From: a virus
Taxonomy: Duplodnaviria > Heunggongvirae > Uroviricota > Caudoviricetes
Reading direction: 5' to 3' (one strand)
IMG/VR virus record: IMGVR_UViG_2548876959_000009
Length of the DNA stretch: 16,706 bases
In this document: in pieces, positions 1 to 10,781 of the stretch
How the letters are laid out: every line of letters begins with the position of its first letter
Position numbering within the stretch: position 1 is the stretch's first letter
Made by a program: the position numbers and the translations under genes
Notes under the pieces: model-generated
What the model was told of the DNA's origin: nothing
The model's database searches: none
Seen by the model: only the letters and a program-made list of their open reading frames with translations

Positions 1-2454
<2,454 letters not shown>

Positions 2455-2458
<4 letters not shown>

Positions 2459-3063
2459 GCGTTTACTCTCAGATTATCAATTAAATGAATGGCCGGGGCA
2501 GGGAAATAATCCCCTTCGACAATAATAGACTCCGGGGTGTAGGGATAAACCGTCAGGGCATCGCCGTGATAGCATCCCGTACCAACGAAAATCTTTCCGT
2601 TCACACTCAGGCTGATCGCCAGCCCCGTCAGATGGCGACTTACTGGTTTTGCATCCGCAATAAGGCGCTCAAGTTCCTGATACATTTCATCGGTGATGCC
2701 CTGATCAAGTACTCCGACAACAATGCGAAATGTTCCTGGCTCCTCGTTGAGTTGCCACCACTCCTTTACTTCAATCAGGTAGCCGAGAGGCTCCACGGCT
2801 CTTCGCAGTGCGCTGATGGTCCCTTTGTGTCGGTGTGTCAGCCATGCATCACGAATCACCTGTCGCTTTGTCTCTTCCGGCCAGTTGCGATCCCAGCGGT
2901 CAACGGAAAACGCCCAGGCGAGATAAGGCAGCAGATGCACCGGGCAGGTGTCCGGCGACCACAGCGTGTTGAGGTCTACCGGAATGTCTGTAATGCGTGT
3001 TCCGACGGCTTCGGCACAACGCATGAAATTGCTGGCTGATGGTGGTAACAGTGAATTACTCAT
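2455..3063 (-). CDS. I: Phage tail protein I (P2 gpI-like, baseplate/tail-fibre attachment)
   Basis: Motifs [25 protein letters not shown] and [11 protein letters not shown]...[33 protein letters not shown] align with P2 gpI. Start is placed at the internal ATG at 3063 (MSNSLLPP), which has an AAGGTGGG RBS and overlaps the gpJ stop; the ORF track extends to 3096. Confidence 0.85.
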
Positions 3064-3952
3064 TGCGCCCACCTTCGCTGATGGTGAATGACTCACAGCG
3101 CGCCGCCTGTATGTCGCTGATGGCCATATTCTGTGTGGGTTCGGTTATCTCCACGCGTTGCACACCGTGCACATGCAGTGCGGCAGCAATGGCGGACAAC
3201 GCCACGTCCTGACCGATAAGCCCCTGTTCAGCCAGCCACTTCCTGAATGACGATTCCGCCGCGGCCAGAATAGGTTCGGATTCCGGGCCGGGATAAAAGT
3301 ACAGTTTTGCATTCAGCCGCCATGTCACGATGCTGGCGCTCTGTACCGTCAGGCGGTCGGCCACCGGGCGGGTATCCTCTGCATTCAGAACGGCGCGAAC
3401 GGTATTAAGCAACGCCTCCGTTGCTGTGCCGTCGCCTTCAGTGGACAGAATGGAAACCGTCACACAGGCCGGAGACGGGCTGATGGCCCGCGCATCACGC
3501 ACCAGACCGTTGGCGCTGCGTGCAAAATACTCGTATGCACCTGACGGGCCAGCAACACTCAGGCCGTCATACGCCCGCTGCGCCCGCAGTCTCAGCGAGG
3601 TGTCGCTCTCCATCACCGCGTCGGTGGTATCCGTTGCCGGAGTGATAACCAGGCGCTTTGTGTTCATATTGCCCGCGAGGTTGTCCAGGTCTGTCCCGGC
3701 GCTGTGGCTTAACATGCAGGCGCGTGCCCCCTCGTTAACCCGCTGGCGTAACAGCATTTCACGAAAAGACATGGTTTGAGCGATAACGTTAAGGGGTTCC
3801 GATTCCAGCTCCAGCGCGGCGGAAACGGCTTCACGCTGTTCGGCGGGATAAGCCGCAATTATCATGGCCTTTGTGTCAGCCAGAATTGCCTCAAAGTCAG
3901 GCTCCGCGATGATGGCGGGGTCCGGTAACTGTGAAAGGTCAACGGCGGGCAT
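3056..3952 (-). CDS. J: Baseplate assembly protein J (P2 gpJ-like)
   Basis: 298 aa. Conserved blocks (LESEPL, QRVNEGARA, SPSPACVTVSILS, RPVADRLTVQSA, YFYPGPESEPI, HVHGVQRVEI) are co-linear with P2 gpJ. Confidence 0.9.
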   Translation of the reverse strand: MPAVDLSQLPDPAIIAEPDFEAILADTKAMIIAAYPAEQREAVSAALELESEPLNVIAQTMSFREMLLRQRVNEGARACMLSHSAGTDLDNLAGNMNTKRLVITPATDTTDAVMESDTSLRLRAQRAYDGLSVAGPSGAYEYFARSANGLVRDARAISPSPACVTVSILSTEGDGTATEALLNTVRAVLNAEDTRPVADRLTVQSASIVTWRLNAKLYFYPGPESEPILAAAESSFRKWLAEQGLIGQDVALSAIAAALHVHGVQRVEITEPTQNMAISDIQAARCESFTISEGGRNE

Positions 3953-3955
3953 GAT

Positions 3956-4306
3956 TTACTCCCTTAGCGTGATGGTTAATTCAACATTCTGCATGGTCTG
4001 CATGACAGTGCCCGACAGCGTCACCCCGGCGCGGCCTCCCGCTTTCCAGACAACGTCGATGGCATCCAGGGCAATGCGGGGTTCCCATCGTGTCAGCGCA
4101 ATCACGGCAGCACTCATGCATTGCAGACGCGTGGTGTTATTCATGGGTTCGTCAATCAAATCAGGCACAAGGCTGCCATATTCCCGTCGCATAACCCGGC
4201 TTGCCAGCGGGGTGGTCAGGATATCCCTGACTGACTGTTTCAGGTGCTCCATATCGTTCAGGTTTCCCGTCCCGTCCGGATTCATTCCTGTGTAGCGGGT
4301 TGTCAC
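3956..4306 (-). CDS. W: Baseplate wedge protein W (GPW/gp25 family)
   Basis: 116 aa, MTTRYTGMN...SRVMRREYGSL, similar to P2 gpW. Sits between V and J as in P2. Confidence 0.85.
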   Translation of the reverse strand: MTTRYTGMNPDGTGNLNDMEHLKQSVRDILTTPLASRVMRREYGSLVPDLIDEPMNNTTRLQCMSAAVIALTRWEPRIALDAIDVVWKAGGRAGVTLSGTVMQTMQNVELTITLRE

Positions 4307-4884
4307 TGCGGGCCTCCTGTCGAATCGCTGCCACCTTTCACGCCACCGTGTTTATGCGTATGCACGGTAATGCCGTTTGAGGTGAAGTTGCCGCCGCTGT
4401 GCGTGATATTGCCGCTCATCTTTCCTCCTTTTGTGACGTCAAGCATCGCAGTTCTCAGAAGGTCTGTGCATTCCACGACGGGCGTGTCCAGTGTCACGCT
4501 GACGGATGCCTGCAGGGTGGCTGTTTTCATGCCGCTGGCGCTCAGTGCGCCTGCGTCCGCGTCGTAGCGGAACACCGCGCCATCCGGCGCGCTGACCACG
4601 ATTTCTTTCAGGCTTTTGCCGGGTGCCGGAATGGCATCACTCCACAGGCTGCCGATTATCATGGCGGTTTCCGGGTTGCCGCCAATGCAGGCAATTACCA
4701 CCTGTTCGCCTGGTGATGGCGGCAGCCACACATTGAAGGCTCCCGCGCGCGTGGTGTTCCAGCGCAGCCAGCCTGTTTCCAGTTCGCCGCTGCGAACGCG
4801 CACGAGCCAGGACTTCTCATCAACTTCAGAGATGATCCCGGTGCGGATGATGTTGCTCAGCAGTCGCATGAGTTCTGCGCTCAC
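4303..4884 (-). CDS. V: Baseplate hub/spike protein V (P2 gpV-like)
   Basis: 193 aa with IRTGII, GEQVV, VSAPDGAVFRYD and a C-terminal GNITHSGGNFTSNGITVHTHKHGG spike motif like P2 gpV. ATGA overlap with W. Confidence 0.85.
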   Translation of the reverse strand: MSAELMRLLSNIIRTGIISEVDEKSWLVRVRSGELETGWLRWNTTRAGAFNVWLPPSPGEQVVIACIGGNPETAMIIGSLWSDAIPAPGKSLKEIVVSAPDGAVFRYDADAGALSASGMKTATLQASVSVTLDTPVVECTDLLRTAMLDVTKGGKMSGNITHSGGNFTSNGITVHTHKHGGVKGGSDSTGGPQ

Positions 4885-5525
4885 CGTACAGCCTCCGCAA
4901 TCCGGCCCAGCACGGTGTTATAAATCAGGCGTTCATCTGCCTGGCTGATACCCAACAGCTCACGTACCGGGTAATCGGTGAAAATGCCCGGCGAAACCTG
5001 ATCGCGCTCACCGAACTGATGAACGCGTGCAATACGTGCGGCCACGCCGCTGTAACCCACCGTCACACCGGAAGCATCTGCACCGGCTTTCAGGTAGCGG
5101 GCGGTGCGCAGTTTTACGAACATGGGGACGCGCTTTGTGCTGTCCTGGTTGATGCGCCGGGTGCGTATTTCCAGAAAACGGTCGATGTCATCCCGGTAAA
5201 ACGTGCGGATATTGTTTTTATCCTCATCCCACCCGGTAATGGTTCGCCCGTATTTCCCCGTGTCGTGATGCCAGTTTTTCAGCGTGCGTGCTTCGTTATT
5301 CCAGATAAAGCGAATACGTTCCTGTATCCGGGTTACGCGGCGTCTGCGTGGTGTCCATGCGGTCCCGTCCGGCGCTTTCTGTGACCGGATACGCGCCTGC
5401 TGGGCGCGGCGTAAATCCTGTGCCAGCTTTCTGGCGATGTTATTGATGGCCTGCTGATTCAGGCTGTCGCGGATGGCCTCAAAGGTTTCATCCACGCGGG
5501 TGAATGCCTTATCCATCGCTTTCAC
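4881..5525 (-). CDS. S: Phage virion morphogenesis / tail completion protein (P2 gpS family), with an internal insertion of roughly 60 aa
   Basis: The N-terminal (RRAQQARIRSQKAPDGTAWTPRRRR) and C-terminal (KLRTARYLKA...VHQFGERD) blocks look like the Phage_tail_S family. Position between R and V matches P2. ATGA overlap with V. Confidence 0.75.
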   Translation of the reverse strand: MKAMDKAFTRVDETFEAIRDSLNQQAINNIARKLAQDLRRAQQARIRSQKAPDGTAWTPRRRRVTRIQERIRFIWNNEARTLKNWHHDTGKYGRTITGWDEDKNNIRTFYRDDIDRFLEIRTRRINQDSTKRVPMFVKLRTARYLKAGADASGVTVGYSGVAARIARVHQFGERDQVSPGIFTDYPVRELLGISQADERLIYNTVLGRIAEAVR

Positions 5526-5976
5526 CCCACGTCACATCCTGGAATACATGCGACCAGTCGCCTTCGGAAGAGGGCAGACGGGGTTTTGGCTCCTGCAGGT
5601 GTTCTGCCTGCGGTGTCCCCTGACTGTTGCGCGTAATGCGAACGCGTTCCCGCAGGGGGAGCGTAAACAGGAGATCGGCGCTGTCATCGTCATTGATAAC
5701 GGCGGAAAATTTGATGTCCTGATTACGCTCCGGATTGAGCAACAACTGTGGCTGATTTTCGGATAACCACGCCAGCAGCGGCAGCGTGAGGTCGTCCAGC
5801 TCTCCGGCGTAATCCATGACAAACATCACCATCTGATAGCGGTAAACAAACGAGGGCGTTTCTCCGGTCGTTTCAATGTTGCCGCTCTCCACGAAAATGG
5901 TGAATTTCTCGGGATTAGCCTGGCACCACCGACATCCATGAAGCATGGACTCTCGCAGACTGTTTGTCTTAAGCAT
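5509..5976 (-). CDS. R: Tail completion protein R (P2 gpR-like)
   Basis: 155 aa, MLKTNSLR...LPLLAWLSENQP, similar to P2 gpR (MLKPDSLR...VPVLAWLRENQP). Confidence 0.8.
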   Translation of the reverse strand: MLKTNSLRESMLHGCRWCQANPEKFTIFVESGNIETTGETPSFVYRYQMVMFVMDYAGELDDLTLPLLAWLSENQPQLLLNPERNQDIKFSAVINDDDSADLLFTLPLRERVRITRNSQGTPQAEHLQEPKPRLPSSEGDWSHVFQDVTWGESDG

Positions 5977-5999
5977 CTGTTTTGCTCTCCTGCTCTTCC

Positions 6000-7880
6000 T
6001 TATACTGCGGGATTATTGATTTCCAGCACCAGGCTGCCGATATCGACGCCGTACGCGGCATTTTTAGTGATATCAGTTAACGTCAGCGCATTCAGCCCCA
6101 GTGTCAGACTGTCTTTTATGACCTGGAATGCCGGGCCAGCCACTCCATTCAGTTTCGGAGTAACCGTGGCACTGCCGGCGGTGAACACCAGCTCCAGCGT
6201 CTGCCAGTCGTTACTGTAATTCCCGAACTCGCCCAACTTTGTGTTTCCGGCTTTCTTGTGATGCATCAGATTCAGTTTGCCGTCTGTGGTCTGGGTGAAG
6301 AACGACATCAGGAACGGGTTACCAGTCCCGGTCATCGCCACGACGTCAGGTAACGCTACATCGGTATACAGATAAATTCCCAGACCGAACTGGTTGTTGG
6401 TCAGTGCGCCTGACAGTCGAAACTTACAGCTCAGTCTGCCACCCCGTGTCAGCAGGGAGACTGCGTCATCCACCGGATGCATCAGGGACCAAGTTTTATT
6501 GCTCTGCTTGGTAACCTTAAACACACCATCTTCCAGCGCAACACTGCCGCCGGTGATGGTCCAGCCCTGCGCAGCAGCCTCTCCGGCTGTCGGCAGCAGG
6601 GAGACTGTACGAACGGATGTGTCACCATCAGACGGCCCCGATGGAGTGTCGCCGCCGGGCGAGGGTTTGATTTCCGGTGCGGTACCGCTGATGAAGGCGC
6701 TGGTTCGACCAACTGCGTTCAGAATAGCGGTTGCCAGGCGATCCGAAATAATGCCCCTGCGCGCCCATGAACTGAAATGTGTCGGACGATTTGACGATAC
6801 CCAATTACCATTACTACGGGATTGCGCGCCGTAATAACCTGCATCAGCAATATCCGGGTCTTCTGCCGGTAAGTTGGTGGGCGTGTTGTTGCCGTTACCG
6901 TCGGTAATGAACGGCACAAAGAAAACGTTGTCGCTCTCCCTGTTTTTGTACGCGCCGTAGACGGAGTCATACTGTGTGCCGTATGTGTTTTTCCAGTAAT
7001 ACGTCGTGTCGCCACAAATCCACGGTATAACTGCAGCACTGCCGCCATGGCACTGCGCGTTAAATCCGGAAAGGTCAGTACGGAACTGCTTCAGCATGGC
7101 CGTGAACAGGTCCGGTTGCTGTGCGTAGGTGGCAGCGCTCATGTCAAATTCGCCCTGCATCCAGCACACCGCCAGCAACACATTTTTCGGGTTCTTCTGT
7201 AATGCCGCTTTGGTGCGTGCGATCAGGTCCTGATATAACGGCTTACCCGCACCCCAGCGCGCCGAATCCTGGCTGGCCCCCGTGGTCGTACTGAATGTTC
7301 CCTCCGCGCCCTGAGTGAATGCCGAACCACCACGACAGCATGGTACCAGCAGGATCCCCGCGTTATTCGGGATATACGGAAGTAGTTTTTTGGCAATATG
7401 AAGTCCCTGTCCCACACAGCCGTACTGACCTTTGCTCAGGTCCGCCTTCGGATGATTCAGCGTACTCATATCCTGCACATCATGCAGACAGTGGTCAGCC
7501 GGGATGATGTCGTTATACGTACAACCCTCTCCACCCGGGGTTACCGTACTGCGGCGCGCCAGCTGTTTAATGCGCGGATCCGGAGCATCGTAAGAATCCG
7601 GTAACGGAAGCCCTTCACCGTAAGCCATGCCGTTGGACTGCCCGGCAAGCACAACCACGTAGTACCATTCCGGCGTCTTGTTGTTTGGTAATGGCTCAGA
7701 GGGCGTCTCGGTGGCACCATCGGCCACCATGGCCTGCATGAGATACCACGGGGTGCCGGGCTCGTAAGCTACCCGTGTGTCCCCCTGAAGATGCCACCCC
7801 TTCGCAAGATATTCATTCACTTTCCGGGTCAGTTCAGCCTGTGTCATGGCTGTAATCAGTGCAAAGTTCTTACTGGTCAT
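6000..7880 (-). CDS. Prophage cargo protein: N-terminal DUF1737-like domain, SASA/SGNH-type esterase domain (GQSN motif, sialate O-acetylesterase-like), C-terminal lectin-like domain; NanS-p-like
   Basis: 626 aa. VVVLAGQSNGMAYGEG gives the GQSN serine motif of SASA (carbohydrate O-acetylesterase) domains. The ~50-aa N-terminal domain followed by a long C-terminal region resembles the prophage NanS-p esterases of EHEC lambdoid phages. Its start ATG overlaps the o-spanin stop (ATGA). No P2 counterpart exists at this position. Confidence 0.7.
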   Translation of the reverse strand: MTSKNFALITAMTQAELTRKVNEYLAKGWHLQGDTRVAYEPGTPWYLMQAMVADGATETPSEPLPNNKTPEWYYVVVLAGQSNGMAYGEGLPLPDSYDAPDPRIKQLARRSTVTPGGEGCTYNDIIPADHCLHDVQDMSTLNHPKADLSKGQYGCVGQGLHIAKKLLPYIPNNAGILLVPCCRGGSAFTQGAEGTFSTTTGASQDSARWGAGKPLYQDLIARTKAALQKNPKNVLLAVCWMQGEFDMSAATYAQQPDLFTAMLKQFRTDLSGFNAQCHGGSAAVIPWICGDTTYYWKNTYGTQYDSVYGAYKNRESDNVFFVPFITDGNGNNTPTNLPAEDPDIADAGYYGAQSRSNGNWVSSNRPTHFSSWARRGIISDRLATAILNAVGRTSAFISGTAPEIKPSPGGDTPSGPSDGDTSVRTVSLLPTAGEAAAQGWTITGGSVALEDGVFKVTKQSNKTWSLMHPVDDAVSLLTRGGRLSCKFRLSGALTNNQFGLGIYLYTDVALPDVVAMTGTGNPFLMSFFTQTTDGKLNLMHHKKAGNTKLGEFGNYSNDWQTLELVFTAGSATVTPKLNGVAGPAFQVIKDSLTLGLNALTLTDITKNAAYGVDIGSLVLEINNPAV

Positions 7881-8188
7881 TGTGTTACTCCCGTCTGGTG
7901 TGTCAGTTCGGCTATTCTCTTATCCAGTTCAGCAATGGCCCGTTTATCCGCGTTACAGGTTTCCAGTGCATCCAGAAGGCGGTCGCCCCATATTCCGAGG
8001 TTTCCCCATGTGGGTGGGTCAGGGAAGGGGGGAGGCGTTACCGGCATGGTCAGCGTCTGCGGTATAAGCCGGACTGACGGCGCTGGCCGTGGCGCGTTCT
8101 GCGTGCCTGCGCAACCTGTCAGTAAAACGAGCGTCAGGCAAAGCGTGGGCGCATTCATCTTTTGCAATATCGTTGCGTAGCTGTTCAC
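7877..8188 (-). CDS. lysC: o-spanin (Rz1/LysC-like outer-membrane lipoprotein), overlapping the i-spanin gene in another frame
   Basis: Signal peptide with lipobox LLTGC and a proline-rich stretch (PVTPPPFPDPPTW). Starts inside the i-spanin ORF and extends past its end, as in P2 lysB/lysC. An alternative start is at 8158. Confidence 0.7.
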   Translation of the reverse strand: MNSYATILQKMNAPTLCLTLVLLTGCAGTQNAPRPAPSVRLIPQTLTMPVTPPPFPDPPTWGNLGIWGDRLLDALETCNADKRAIAELDKRIAELTHQTGVTQ

Positions 8189-8426
8189 GTCTTACCTCTC
8201 CGTCCTGATTGCGTTGCTGATTTTCCGCGCGGAGTTGAGCCAGCACCTGCTGCATATCCTGTACCCCGGCGCTGATGATATTCAGTGTGTCGACGGTACT
8301 TTTCAGGGTGCTGGTCTGCGCTTCGTTTCTGGCGTTCTCCCGGCCCAGCGACCACGACAGACGCATGGATGTTCCCCATGCGGCAATCAGAAGGAAAGCG
8401 ACGCCAAGCATGGGCCAGAGCTTCAT
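8019..8426 (-). CDS. lysB: i-spanin (Rz/LysB-like), N-terminal transmembrane segment and coiled-coil periplasmic domain
   Basis: Start placed at the internal ATG at 8426 (MKLWPMLGVAFLLIAAWG), which overlaps the endolysin stop (ATGA). The Q/E/R-rich helical region is typical of Rz. The ORF track extends upstream to 8570 inside the endolysin gene. Confidence 0.7.
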   Translation of the reverse strand: MKLWPMLGVAFLLIAAWGTSMRLSWSLGRENARNEAQTSTLKSTVDTLNIISAGVQDMQQVLAQLRAENQQRNQDGEVRREQLRNDIAKDECAHALPDARFTDRLRRHAERATASAVSPAYTADADHAGNASPLP

Positions 8427-8815
8427 GCCGGATAGGCTCCGTGTGGTAACTGAAAATGCGGTCCGTCTTTCAGGGTCTTCCAGTCGCCGCCCCATTCCAC
8501 CGGAATATTCAGTTCCTGGCTGGCCTGTCTGAATGCTGCTGCGATTTTTTCGTACAGCGGCCATTCCCATGACACCTGGCTGCCGACATAAGCCACAACA
8601 TCCACGGCATGCCCCGTAAGGTGGCGGCTGTTTATGGTATGGCTCTTACCCGTGGCCACAAGTTGCTTCTGGCGGTAACGGCTGCGCAATCCTTCGGTGA
8701 TACCAAAATCCACTTCCGAAATTTCCAGTGCCCGTCGGGTCACTTTCACCAGATCAGGATTTACGCCCTGCAAATTCTTTTCGCTCCGGCTGCTGAATTT
8801 AAATGTGTTGCTCAT
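8423..8815 (-). CDS. Endolysin, peptidase M15 family (zinc D-Ala-D-Ala carboxypeptidase / L-Ala-D-Glu peptidase-like)
   Basis: 130 aa with SRHLTGHAVDV ... DGPHFQL, consistent with the zinc-binding H/D/H motifs of M15-type lysins. ATGA overlap with the holin stop. Confidence 0.8.
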   Translation of the reverse strand: MSNTFKFSSRSEKNLQGVNPDLVKVTRRALEISEVDFGITEGLRSRYRQKQLVATGKSHTINSRHLTGHAVDVVAYVGSQVSWEWPLYEKIAAAFRQASQELNIPVEWGGDWKTLKDGPHFQLPHGAYPA

Positions 8816-9135
8816 TCGTCCTTCTCCTTCACCCTGCGATTAAAGGCCGCAATAACCTTGTCGCGTACTTTCTCTGCCCCCATAAAACCGATTGATGCGC
8901 CGATAAACGTTACGGCATCTTCAGGAAACCCGAAGAAGCGCAACGACCCGGCCACGGCCATGGCAAGAACGCCGCACGCCAGCGATCCCGTTACGGTCTG
9001 AACCAGTGTTCGTCCGTCATAAAGACTCATCAGCGCGGAAATGCTGACCGCCGCGCCTACTGCATACACCGTTGGCAGGTGGTCAAAGAGCCACGCAATA
9101 ACCTGCTCTGTGATCCCTGTTTGAATGGTGCTCAC
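8812..9135 (-). CDS. Holin (about 107 aa, three predicted transmembrane segments)
   Basis: Hydrophobic segments YAVGAAVSISALMSLY, TGSLACGVLAMAVAGSL and VTFIGASIGFMGA, with a charged C-terminus (RRVKEKDE). Start placed at a GTG at 9135 preceded by GGGGGGAG; the ORF track's longer frame (to 9354) would overlap gpX. Confidence 0.65.
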   Translation of the reverse strand: MSTIQTGITEQVIAWLFDHLPTVYAVGAAVSISALMSLYDGRTLVQTVTGSLACGVLAMAVAGSLRFFGFPEDAVTFIGASIGFMGAEKVRDKVIAAFNRRVKEKDE

Positions 9136-9137
9136 TG

Positions 9138-9338
9138 CTACTCCCCCCACAACTGAATCATTTCTCGTTTCTTCTTCTCCGGCTCCGGCATCTCCACTTC
9201 CTGCCCGGCGTCCAGAAATACCTGCTGACAGAGTCCGGGGTTGGCATCCAGCACCTTTTCGGTGACGCCCTGCGTCGTGCCGTAGTACCGGAAACAGAGC
9301 GAATCCACGGTGTCGTCTTCCAGTGCCTTCACTTTCAT
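9138..9338 (-). CDS. X: Phage tail protein X (P2 gpX-like, LysM-like)
   Basis: 66 aa from the internal ATG: MKVKALEDDTVDSLCFRYYGTTQGVTEKVLDANPGL, similar to P2 gpX. Its ATG overlaps the gpL stop (TGATG). Confidence 0.8.
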   Translation of the reverse strand: MKVKALEDDTVDSLCFRYYGTTQGVTEKVLDANPGLCQQVFLDAGQEVEMPEPEKKKREMIQLWGE

Positions 9339-9832
9339 CAGCACAACTCCGCAAAGATTCGCGGGCGGCACAGAATGTCAGAGATGGCCCAGCTCACATC
9401 GCGCCACAAATCCGATGTCTGTATATCCAGTGCGTCCGCCCGGCGATCGCCCTTGTCCGTTGTGTCCGCATCGCGGTAACGCTCCAGAATCAGGGCACGT
9501 GTGGCGGTATAAACAGCATTGCGCCAGTGCCAGAGATTGACGCTTTCTCCGTTAATTACGGGTGCCGGAACATCGGCCAGCGTCTGATGGCCAGCCGCCT
9601 GCTGTTCCTGCTGCCACGCTTCCAGTTCGCGGGTAACGTGAGCCACGGCCCCAGTGGCGGTATGCAGCAGGCGGGAGGTGGTCACGCGGCCCGGCAGTCG
9701 TACCGCCAGACGCAGCTCGCGCAGCACAATATCCGGCCAGAATGCACCTGCTGAAATGCGAGTGTCGCCATCATCGGTATCGGTGATGTCGTCCTCTGCG
9801 GGTCCTGGTTCAGTTCTGGCAACCATACTCAT
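9338..9832 (-). CDS. L: Head completion/stabilisation protein L (P2 gpL-like)
   Basis: Blocks AFWPDIVLRELRL..., LADVPAPVINGESV and ERYRDADTTDKGDRRADALD...LWRDVSWAISDI match P2 gpL. Start chosen at the ATG at 9832, which has an AGGAG RBS; the ORF track starts at a GTG at 9904. Confidence 0.8.
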   Translation of the reverse strand: MSMVARTEPGPAEDDITDTDDGDTRISAGAFWPDIVLRELRLAVRLPGRVTTSRLLHTATGAVAHVTRELEAWQQEQQAAGHQTLADVPAPVINGESVNLWHWRNAVYTATRALILERYRDADTTDKGDRRADALDIQTSDLWRDVSWAISDILCRPRIFAELC

Positions 9833-9935
9833 GGAGTTCACTCCTGAAAAAAAATCGGGCGGTGGGTGCGCGGTGTAAACGGTCACGGAGTCAAACCGGA
9901 ACACCGCGCACGCCGCCCGCTGACGGGGTCAGTCG

Positions 9936-10736
9936 TTAACCGCGCTTCGCCTTCTGCGACGCGGTGGTTTTTCGTGTTGCAGGCTTCTGCGTTGTCTTTT
10001 TACTTTTGCTGCTTTCGTCCTGCGTCTGCTGTGCGCTGGCGTCTTCTGGTGCGGCTGCGGAATCGGCTTTTTTCAGGGCGCGGGAAAGGGTTGCAATCTC
10101 GCGTTTCACACCTGCGTTCGGGTTCAGGTGCATCGCTTCGCGCAGCAGCTTCAGTGATGAGGCCATGTTGTCTGCATCGGTCAGGCCACGACGGGCAAAG
10201 GCACACGCCTTGCATAATTTGGCGCGCACTTCGTCCGGCATGTCCTGGTTGGCGACAATTTCCCAAAGTGTGTCCAGTGGTTCGATAAAGGCGGATAAAT
10301 CCGCGTCGGCATCCGTCCCGGCCTGCGTCAGTACCGGGTTGCAGATTTCTTCGGTCAGTACCGTGGCAGCAGTACGGCCAAAGTTATCCGGCATGATGAG
10401 GTTGTGACGGACCACATATGCACCAATACGCAGCGCCAGCGGAAGATCGCCGCAGTCAATCGCCCACACCATCAGCGTGGCAATTACTTCGTCCTGTTGC
10501 CCGCCGTCAGTCTCCAGCGTTCCCTCAATCCAGCCGGAAAAGTCCGGCAACAACTCTTTTTTGATGGCGGCTTTCGCGCTTCTGGCCTGTACGCCCTTTA
10601 GCCTGGCCTGTGCCAGACGCAGACGATACAGCACCTCTTCATGCGCGGTACGCGCGGCGTGGTCCACACCTTCATTCGCCCGGCCTGCGCGCTGTGCCAT
10701 CACGTTCTGCCAGTGTTGTTGTGCAGGAGTAATCAT
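9936..10736 (-). CDS. M: Terminase small (endonuclease) subunit M (P2 gpM-like)
   Basis: 266 aa: MITPAQQHW...KKELLP...DMPDEVRAKL...AGVKREI, with a basic C-terminal tail, similar to P2 gpM. RBS GGAGAG upstream. Confidence 0.85.
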   Translation of the reverse strand: MITPAQQHWQNVMAQRAGRANEGVDHAARTAHEEVLYRLRLAQARLKGVQARSAKAAIKKELLPDFSGWIEGTLETDGGQQDEVIATLMVWAIDCGDLPLALRIGAYVVRHNLIMPDNFGRTAATVLTEEICNPVLTQAGTDADADLSAFIEPLDTLWEIVANQDMPDEVRAKLCKACAFARRGLTDADNMASSLKLLREAMHLNPNAGVKREIATLSRALKKADSAAAPEDASAQQTQDESSKSKKTTQKPATRKTTASQKAKRG

Positions 10737-10781
10737 TTTTTCTCTCCGTTACAGGCGGGCATGATGCCCGCCGTGAGTTGA

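Noticed and set aside
6394-7048. Several 76-146-aa ORFs on both strands inside the esterase gene
   Set aside because: All are nested within or antisense to the 626-aa esterase frame, whose SASA motif supports it as the real gene.
8019-8570. The full 183-aa ORF as the i-spanin
   Set aside because: Its N-terminal 48 aa overlap the endolysin gene in another frame; the internal ATG at 8426 gives a canonical Rz-like protein with an N-terminal transmembrane segment and an ATGA junction, so the shorter form is preferred.
8609-9001. 130-aa plus-strand ORF across the endolysin/holin region
   Set aside because: Antisense to the holin and endolysin genes, which have clear functional signatures and coupled start/stop overlaps.
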